Part shown: piece after piece, positions 57,816 through 64,000 of the stretch | How the letters are laid out: each line of letters starts with the position of its first letter | Numbering within the stretch: position 1 is the stretch's first letter | Source: a virus | Taxonomy: Duplodnaviria > Heunggongvirae > Uroviricota > Caudoviricetes | Strand: one strand, 5' to 3' | IMG/VR virus record: IMGVR_UViG_3300031133_000383 | Location: 32,001 to 96,000 of that record | DNA length: 64,000 nucleotides | Notes under the pieces: model-generated | The model's database searches: none | What the model was told of the DNA's origin: nothing | The model's input: the letters and a program-made list of their open reading frames with translations, nothing else | Made by a program: the position numbers and the translations under genes

Positions 57816-59318
57816 ATGACAACTATTAAACGTGTACAATATCCAGCGTCATGTGTTGAATCGGCAAAAGTCATTGCCAATAACTATTTTGTGAATCACA
57901 AAAACAACTTGGACTTTCTCAGTAAAGGATTTAAAGCTATTCCCAATCTTTTTTCTTTTTCATTTCCTAAAGAAATTGTTGATAAAGCTATGAAACATTT
58001 CAACAAAGTGAATGAAAACATTAGTGAAATTTTGACAACCTATAACACTCATTTCAATGCTGGAACACTTCACACTGACTCTTCTATTATTGAAAAATTT
58101 GGTTCTGTTGAAAATTTTCTTGAAGTTGTAGAAGCTGCAAAACTTGATGAAAAAACTTATCTTGATGCTGTAAATCCTTCTTTATCTAGCACCTTTATGA
58201 TTCCATTTTTGTTGTCATTTGGTGGCGAAGAAATCTATAAAAAAGACAATAAAGTGTTACTGAACCCATTTACTTTGAACACTGGTATTGTATCCGATGA
58301 TGGTCTTGTTTACTACTTCACTGGAACTTATCAAGATTTCTTTGAAAAAGCTTCAGAAATCGGTTTCGTTTATGATCATGAAAATTGTGCATTGTCTGAA
58401 TTTTTCACTGATTTGGATATTAAATTAGTAGATCCTGATGAATCTGTATTGTCTGATATGTTGGTTCGCGATGAACTGGCTGAGTTTATTCGTGTTGATG
58501 ATGATTTCGCTATGCAGGAATTTATTGATCGTAATAACATTGATACTCAGCAACTATTCGTGGATGAAAGTTTACTGAGCTATTGTGTAGAAATGGATAA
58601 ACCCAATTGCTTTGTTCATCTGTTGTTTTCGTCTCCGAGTGTGATAGTGAATGTTAACGGTCAACTAGACAGTGCCATTAAACGTTGCATGTTCTCAGTT
58701 TTGTATCGTGAGCAAGCTTTCAAAAAATACCTTGGCAAATTCTTGCAAGTAGCTAAATTTGATGGTCTTAGTCAAGAAGTGGTGGACAAATTTGTGAAAG
58801 AAAGTTTTCATGATTTTCGCCGTGAAGAGTCATTAGATGTATTTAACCTCTATAAAGACAAGATTGATCATAAAATGTTATCTTTGGCATTGGTTAAGCA
58901 TAACAATGTTTATCGTATGGAGCTTCCAGAAATGGCAGAATTTATTCAGCAAGCTTTCAAAACATATCCAGATGATATTTTGAAAACGGAAAACATTGTG
59001 TCACACCTTGAATACTACAAAGAAACCAATAATATGATTACATTGTTACGCAATGTTCCCACTATTAAAATAGCTGGCAAGAATATCTTGTTTTTCTTGG
59101 ATGCTATTAAAAATGAATTGGAAGAAAAATTGGAATCAGTAAAATCAGAACCAGAATCAATCGACTTGATTAATGGTAAGTTGGCAACAAAAGTTGAACA
59201 TGTTCAAGATGCTTTGGATGTTACAAACGCTGATATTGAGTTCTTTTCTCAATATGTCGAAAGACCTGTTGAAGAAGAGTATTCAGATGAAACACAAGAT
59301 GATGTATTGACTGCTTGA
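57816..59318 (+). CDS. large acidic hypothetical protein
   Basis: AGGAG RBS; one ankyrin-like segment SLLSYCVEMDKPNCFVHLL. Confidence 0.8.
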   Translation: MTTIKRVQYPASCVESAKVIANNYFVNHKNNLDFLSKGFKAIPNLFSFSFPKEIVDKAMKHFNKVNENISEILTTYNTHFNAGTLHTDSSIIEKFGSVENFLEVVEAAKLDEKTYLDAVNPSLSSTFMIPFLLSFGGEEIYKKDNKVLLNPFTLNTGIVSDDGLVYYFTGTYQDFFEKASEIGFVYDHENCALSEFFTDLDIKLVDPDESVLSDMLVRDELAEFIRVDDDFAMQEFIDRNNIDTQQLFVDESLLSYCVEMDKPNCFVHLLFSSPSVIVNVNGQLDSAIKRCMFSVLYREQAFKKYLGKFLQVAKFDGLSQEVVDKFVKESFHDFRREESLDVFNLYKDKIDHKMLSLALVKHNNVYRMELPEMAEFIQQAFKTYPDDILKTENIVSHLEYYKETNNMITLLRNVPTIKIAGKNILFFLDAIKNELEEKLESVKSEPESIDLINGKLATKVEHVQDALDVTNADIEFFSQYVERPVEEEYSDETQDDVLTA

Positions 59319-59390
59319 TAAATTGAGACGAGTGACGTATTGATTTCTATCAATGATTAACTTATAATAAATTCAATAAAGGACGCTATC

Positions 59391-59429
59391 ATGAACAGAA
59401 AAATTATCTCCAAAACACGAAACGTCTAG
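59391..59429 (+). promoter_or_regulatory. candidate leader peptide MNRKIISKTRNV with overlapping hairpin
   Basis: TTGATT-17-TATAAT promoter; AAGGA RBS; stop codon lies inside the ACGTC...GACGT hairpin. Confidence 0.45.
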
Positions 59430-59477
59430 GCTGTTACTTTCGAGGTACATCCTTGACGTAAAAATTAGGAGAATAGT

Positions 59478-59735
59478 ATGATTAAAAATAAAAACAGGGC
59501 ATTAAGACGTTTTATTGATGCTAAAGTAATCAAAAAACAAATCAATATTTTGAAACAGTATAATTCTTACAGTGACAAGTTAATTGTGGGTAAGTTAATC
59601 AAGCATCATGCTTTGAACTGTGGTATATCTGGTTGCTTTTGTTGCAGCAACCCACGTAGGATTTATGGATATAAGACACTTAAAGAAAAAGTTTCCGTGC
59701 AAGATTTTAAACAACAGATGAAAGATTTAGAATGA
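59478..59735 (+). CDS. small basic Cys-cluster (probable Zn-binding) protein
   Basis: AGGAG RBS; RALRR...CGISGCFCCSNPRR. Confidence 0.75.
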   Translation: MIKNKNRALRRFIDAKVIKKQINILKQYNSYSDKLIVGKLIKHHALNCGISGCFCCSNPRRIYGYKTLKEKVSVQDFKQQMKDLE

Positions 59736-59806
59736 GCCTAAGCTCATTTTTTTTATATACTTTTTAATGCAAATCTGTTATAATTATATCTTTATAGGAA
59801 TTTTAT

Positions 59807-60520
59807 ATGGTTCATTCAATGTCAAACACTTTTACAGAAGAACAATTGTCCGATGAAGCAGAATCTTTTGCAAGAGAGTTTTATACGAGGTATTCAGGTG
59901 CCTTTATAGGAAAATCTTTCAATAAATCCATGGGAACTTTTCAGCATACCCAAGCATCTGATGGCTTGGGAAATTTTCGTTACGATACCTATATTGTCAA
60001 TCCAATGAATCTAAATAAAACTCTTTTGTCTGTATTCATGATTTATAAAAATAAAAAAATATCCAAACAAATTGTATTGTCTGCTGATTTTGAGCAGCTA
60101 ACTAAATTTACACTTTCTACAATCAACTGGCACGAATGTTATTCAAAAGCGTTTGAGTTTACAGGTCGTTTTTTTCAAACACAATACGATTACGAGAAGT
60201 ATCCTCTGATCAAAATTGAAGTGGATCATGATTTTAATATTAACAAAGTTTTGGCTTCTTTTGATTTATGTACCCAACATACATATACCGTATCAAGTGG
60301 TGATTTCTTTCTTTATTCTAAGCCTACAATTGACTACTGTGTGAATCACGATCTACCCTTTGTGAATCAACAAGAATTTTATGAATTTATATTTCTTAAG
60401 TCTTATTTGAATATGGATAGTTTATTTAATATCGAAAATTTGACAGAAATAGAGAAGTTTTTATATTATATTGACAACAAGGAAGAATTTCATAACTTGT
60501 TGAAAATGACCATTATATAA
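59807..60520 (+). CDS. hypothetical protein, family A
   Basis: ends NLLKMTII. Confidence 0.8.
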   Translation: MVHSMSNTFTEEQLSDEAESFAREFYTRYSGAFIGKSFNKSMGTFQHTQASDGLGNFRYDTYIVNPMNLNKTLLSVFMIYKNKKISKQIVLSADFEQLTKFTLSTINWHECYSKAFEFTGRFFQTQYDYEKYPLIKIEVDHDFNINKVLASFDLCTQHTYTVSSGDFFLYSKPTIDYCVNHDLPFVNQQEFYEFIFLKSYLNMDSLFNIENLTEIEKFLYYIDNKEEFHNLLKMTII

Positions 60521-60602
60521 ATTTAATTTTTCATAGAATAAAAAACATTGATTTTTTTACTATATGGGTATATAATTTTAAAAATTCTATTAAAGGTGAA
60601 AT

Positions 60603-61358
60603 ATGATTATAATTGATAAACAGGGTTTATTACATATTTTTGATGAAGTTTCTTTTGAAACTTATCAGATTGAAGATAAAGAAGTTTTAAGTTTTCTGCG
60701 TAACAGCATTACCGATATTAACGAGAATTTTGGTGTACGTGATTTTATAAAAATGTTCAATCACTATCCTTCTTTATTGATGATAGTACCAGAGTTTGAA
60801 GAAGTCACTCTTTTGACCGACCAATATGACAACTATAATACCGTAGAAGTTGATTGTCTTTGGATGAGCATTGGTGCAGAAATAATTTCAAAACCTGAAC
60901 ATGAATACTCCACAATGTTTTTCAATCTCAATGGTATCACAAAACTCCAAGAAAATTTCTCTTTGAATATTCCCGCTTACTCACTTTCATTAAAAAATGT
61001 CATCAATTCAAAAATTAAAATCATGGACAGACTAAATTTATCTTTCGAAATCAGTGAAGAACAGTCTTTTAAAGGTCAAATACCGTTTGCTATTCAAAAC
61101 TTCACTTTGTTTGATTTTATTGCTATCGTTTCAAGTACGCTTCTAAAAACCTCTGAAAACGATGGTTCCGAAGATAGCTTTGATGACATTAAAAAGAAAA
61201 TGCATAGTCTAAAAGGCAAAATAGCTGAGGAACTGGGTATTGATCCTTCTCAATTGGATGAAAAAGAGCCTGTGGATGAAGAAACGATTGAAGAAAACAC
61301 CAACTCAGTATTGAAACAGCTTGATGAACTGATGAACCCTAATAAAGATAAGGAATAA
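60603..61358 (+). CDS. hypothetical protein, first of a tandem paralogue trio
   Basis: MIIIDKQG...F.M..HYP...FTLFDF. Confidence 0.8.
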   Translation: MIIIDKQGLLHIFDEVSFETYQIEDKEVLSFLRNSITDINENFGVRDFIKMFNHYPSLLMIVPEFEEVTLLTDQYDNYNTVEVDCLWMSIGAEIISKPEHEYSTMFFNLNGITKLQENFSLNIPAYSLSLKNVINSKIKIMDRLNLSFEISEEQSFKGQIPFAIQNFTLFDFIAIVSSTLLKTSENDGSEDSFDDIKKKMHSLKGKIAEELGIDPSQLDEKEPVDEETIEENTNSVLKQLDELMNPNKDKE

Positions 61359-61360
61359 AT

Positions 61361-62074
61361 ATGTTAAAAATTACAACAAATGGCGATATTGTGACATTCT
61401 CAAAAGTAGATAATAATTTGGTATTGCTGGACAATGCTGATTTACAAAATACTCTATTTCAAGCATTTGACCTTGATCATGAGTTTACCTTTTCGTCATT
61501 TTTTTCTATGTTAAAAAAATACCCTGTCTTTTCGAATTTTTTTCAAACTGCAATTTCTTATATTAAAGAATATGAAACATTGAATATTGAAATGAATAGC
61601 TCAACATCAGGAAAAGTGGCAGTTATTACACCAAATACCATCCTGAATAATGGTGTCATTTCTAATAGGCATACGCTTGAAGTGTATAAATACAAAGAAC
61701 TTTCAGATAATAATATAGATGAAATTAATATTAATGAATCTAGTACAACGGATGATGTGAGTTCAATGTATCTTAAAGATTACGCAAATTATAGAATTGC
61801 GTTGAATTCATTAGCTCGTCTTGATCAAATTGATGAAGAGGGCATTATCACAACTCTTTATTTGGAATGTTATTCAGAAAATGAATTCAACCTATTAAGC
61901 TTTGTCCATTTTGTATTGTCTAATATTTCGCTACATGGTTTTGTGGAAGAAAGAAATCATGTTATTAAAGAAATCGAAGTCGAACAAAAAGAACATCAAG
62001 AAGCCTTGGAGGCTGAGTCCATTGAAATTACCAATAGTATTTTGGAGCGGATTAAATATGGTGAAAAAAGATGA
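61361..62074 (+). CDS. hypothetical protein, second of the trio
   Basis: MLKITTNG...F.M..KYP...FNLLSF. Confidence 0.8.
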   Translation: MLKITTNGDIVTFSKVDNNLVLLDNADLQNTLFQAFDLDHEFTFSSFFSMLKKYPVFSNFFQTAISYIKEYETLNIEMNSSTSGKVAVITPNTILNNGVISNRHTLEVYKYKELSDNNIDEININESSTTDDVSSMYLKDYANYRIALNSLARLDQIDEEGIITTLYLECYSENEFNLLSFVHFVLSNISLHGFVEERNHVIKEIEVEQKEHQEALEAESIEITNSILERIKYGEKR

Positions 62075-62736
62075 TTACAATTACAAAAAATGGCTACATC
62101 CATTTTAAAGATAAATGTATTGGTAATAATGTTATATTGACTATGTTGGGGGAAAAGGTCGAGCTAGAAGAAGGATTTACTTTGCAATCTTTATTCAAAA
62201 TGTTCAACCTTTATCCTAATCTTGTAAAATTAGAAGCCTATTTGCCTATGTATTTGAATCTCTATAATACAACAGTTGATGAATATCATTCAGAAGAACC
62301 CGACAACTACAAGACGATTTTGTTTAATACTTATCTTTTAGAAAAAAAAGAAGTTGCTCTTGATAAAAAGCATAATTTAGCTATCAAATTCAAATCAGGA
62401 CATGTTTCAAATATCAATAATTATCAAATATTTGATATGATCAATTTTCCAATAAAAATCAGTGACAAGATTATTACATTGACATTGGAACCCAACCCCG
62501 ATTATAGTGATAAATCAAATGAGCCTAAAAATATTTATGTTCGACAGCCTGTTTTGAACATTGCAAAATATACATGCGATCTCTTTTATTTTATTATGTT
62601 TATGTGTGGATCTCTTTTTAAGGGGATGGACCCAAGCAGACGTAGGCAACAAGTTGAAATGAACGAACTTTCCTACAGTATTATGGCTGATGATATTGTG
62701 AAAGAAATCGACAAGATACTGATGTTTACTCCCTAA
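62071..62736 (+). CDS. hypothetical protein, third of the trio
   Basis: MITITKNG...F.M..LYP...DLFYF; ATGA overlap. Confidence 0.8.
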   Translation: MITITKNGYIHFKDKCIGNNVILTMLGEKVELEEGFTLQSLFKMFNLYPNLVKLEAYLPMYLNLYNTTVDEYHSEEPDNYKTILFNTYLLEKKEVALDKKHNLAIKFKSGHVSNINNYQIFDMINFPIKISDKIITLTLEPNPDYSDKSNEPKNIYVRQPVLNIAKYTCDLFYFIMFMCGSLFKGMDPSRRRQQVEMNELSYSIMADDIVKEIDKILMFTP

Positions 62737-62821
62737 ATTAGCTCTTGCTTATTAATGTAAGGTTTGTTATAATGCTCTAATGTTCTATTAGGGCAATAAC
62801 CTATCATTAAAGGAGAGTAAC

Positions 62822-63361
62822 ATGAAAGATACGCAGAAGTCTTTAACACCACAAGAAAAAGCTACTTTTATTGCAAATGCTGATATTAGCTATAGCGATT
62901 CTGTCAAAGCATTGCGTAAAAAAATGATCCAAGAAAACTATTTGACCTCTGCCACTCAAATACAGATGTTGGATAAACTTTTGTGGGGTGTAAAAGAAGC
63001 TGAAAACAGTACAATCAGCAAAGCTTTATTTGACAACCTTGTTAAAAGTAAGCAAATCACTTTCATTTATAATTTAATAGAATTGTTTAAAGAAGGCTGG
63101 CTAATGTCCAAAGCATTTCGTTTTTACACAGGTAATGGACCTGTAAAAGAATTGAACACTTGGAAATTAAGAAAAATCATTGAAGTGATTGAAAAGAAAG
63201 ATCGTACAGATTTTGCTAAATTTGAAGCAGATTTAGATAAGAAAAAAATTCCGGCACCTAAAAAGCCGTTTAAGAAAAAAACACCAGCAGTCAATGAAAA
63301 ATCTGTTCCTGTGGTCACCACAAAGCCCGCTTATAAAGAGATTCCAGTAAGCAAGAAGTAA
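62822..63361 (+). CDS. basic hypothetical protein with Lys/Pro-rich tail
   Basis: AAGGAG RBS. Confidence 0.8.
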   Translation: MKDTQKSLTPQEKATFIANADISYSDSVKALRKKMIQENYLTSATQIQMLDKLLWGVKEAENSTISKALFDNLVKSKQITFIYNLIELFKEGWLMSKAFRFYTGNGPVKELNTWKLRKIIEVIEKKDRTDFAKFEADLDKKKIPAPKKPFKKKTPAVNEKSVPVVTTKPAYKEIPVSKK

Positions 63362-63376
63362 GTAGCCCAGTAATAT

Positions 63377-63400
63377 AAAAAGCCCTCGAAAGGGCTTTTT
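63377..63400. terminator. bidirectional terminator
   Basis: AAAAAGCCCT-CGAA-AGGGCTTTTT. Confidence 0.8.
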
Positions 63401-63420
63401 TATTGGATTTTATTTCGTTA

Positions 63421-63789
63421 TTAAAGGTTATGACATCCTAGTTTCACATCAAATAGACTTTCAATCATGGGATCTTTATACCATTCATAGCATTTTCCCA
63501 ATTCTAACACTTGATTCGCTTTTTTTACAATTACATGTTTGAAACAAGTAAAATAAAATGGGCCAGAACACCATGGATCAAATTGTAGGACTTCTTCATA
63601 GTATTCTTCGGCATTGACTTCTGGCATACTAGGTTCAACCCAAAATTTCAAACCCTGTAAATAATCATCGGAAAATGCTAGTTGTTGAATATTTATAATT
63701 TCTTGACGTATAATCTTGTGTTCTTTTAATAGTTTTTCTTGGAATAACTGTGCTCTGTATGTTAAGCCAATGATTTTATCTTCTCTCAT
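63421..63789 (-). CDS. hypothetical protein
   Basis: GGAG RBS; 122 aa. Confidence 0.75.
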   Translation of the reverse strand: MREDKIIGLTYRAQLFQEKLLKEHKIIRQEIINIQQLAFSDDYLQGLKFWVEPSMPEVNAEEYYEEVLQFDPWCSGPFYFTCFKHVIVKKANQVLELGKCYEWYKDPMIESLFDVKLGCHNL

Positions 63790-63837
63790 AAGTAATCTCC
63801 AAAGTTATTGTAGTATAATTTTTTTTCAATAGCTTAG

Positions 63838-64000
63838 TCATAGCAAGCCATACAAAATATCAGAAGGTTCAAAATTATTTTTTAATGAAGCTTCTTTTGC
63901 AACACTTAAAGCTTCATCCCATCCTTTTATTTTACTAGACCAAATATAGGTCAATCTCAAAATAACACATAAATGTTGTGGATTAACTTCATTAACTTTA
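63838..64000 (-). CDS. 3' end of a gene starting beyond the window
   Basis: open frame KVNEVNPQHLCVILRLTYIWSSKIKGWDEALSVAKEASLKNNFEPSDILYGLL*. Confidence 0.55.
   Translation of the reverse strand, partial: KVNEVNPQHLCVILRLTYIWSSKIKGWDEALSVAKEASLKNNFEPSDILYGLL

Noticed and set aside
62071-62736. Membership of family A (ends DKILMFTP, M at -4)
   Set aside because: Position -7 is Lys, and its two paralogues lack the motif.
134-63321. Numerous 60-120 aa ORFs nested in or antisense to longer genes (for example 1634..1915, 15366..15692, 30350..30682, 45493..45855)
   Set aside because: Shadow frames without RBS or recognisable motifs.
1-64000. CRISPR array or long tandem repeat
   Set aside because: No regularly spaced direct repeats were seen in any intergenic region.
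1-64000. Stop-codon reassignment, as in some large phages
   Set aside because: Recognisable genes are full length in the standard code, and TAA, TAG and TGA all end genes at sensible positions.

Overview
This is a very AT-rich, gene-dense window with no rRNA, no core housekeeping operons and no recognisable capsid, terminase, replicase, relaxase or T4SS genes. Most genes are short orphans, many with their own sigma70-like promoter and intrinsic terminator. Mixed among them are host-like auxiliary genes: NAD salvage (pncB, nadD-like, nadE), translation (rpsU/bS21, hpf, tilS, tRNA-fMet, tRNA-Thr(UGU), tRNA-Gly(UCC)) and envelope or stress functions (MscS, LemA, HtpX, MCP, EndA, LprI-like, DoxX-nitroreductase-LysR). 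The best reading is the accessory region of a giant mobile element (jumbo phage or megaplasmid) of a Gammaproteobacterium. The window alone cannot decide between the two. Main unexplained signals: (1) 16 mostly dissimilar proteins of about 185-275 aa share a position-locked C-terminal motif, [LIV] at -7 and mostly M/I at -4; (2) a second set of proteins ends in Lys-rich tails, often K-x-K-P(S), including a two-gene module present twice in inverted orientation; (3) PncB, NadD-like and NadE form a full nicotinate-to-NAD route; (4) several enzyme homologues have lost their catalytic or metal-binding residues; (5) several structured non-coding RNAs occur, including a roughly 122-nt tRNA-like element inside the tRNA operon. 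All family assignments are by eye from motifs; no database search was run.
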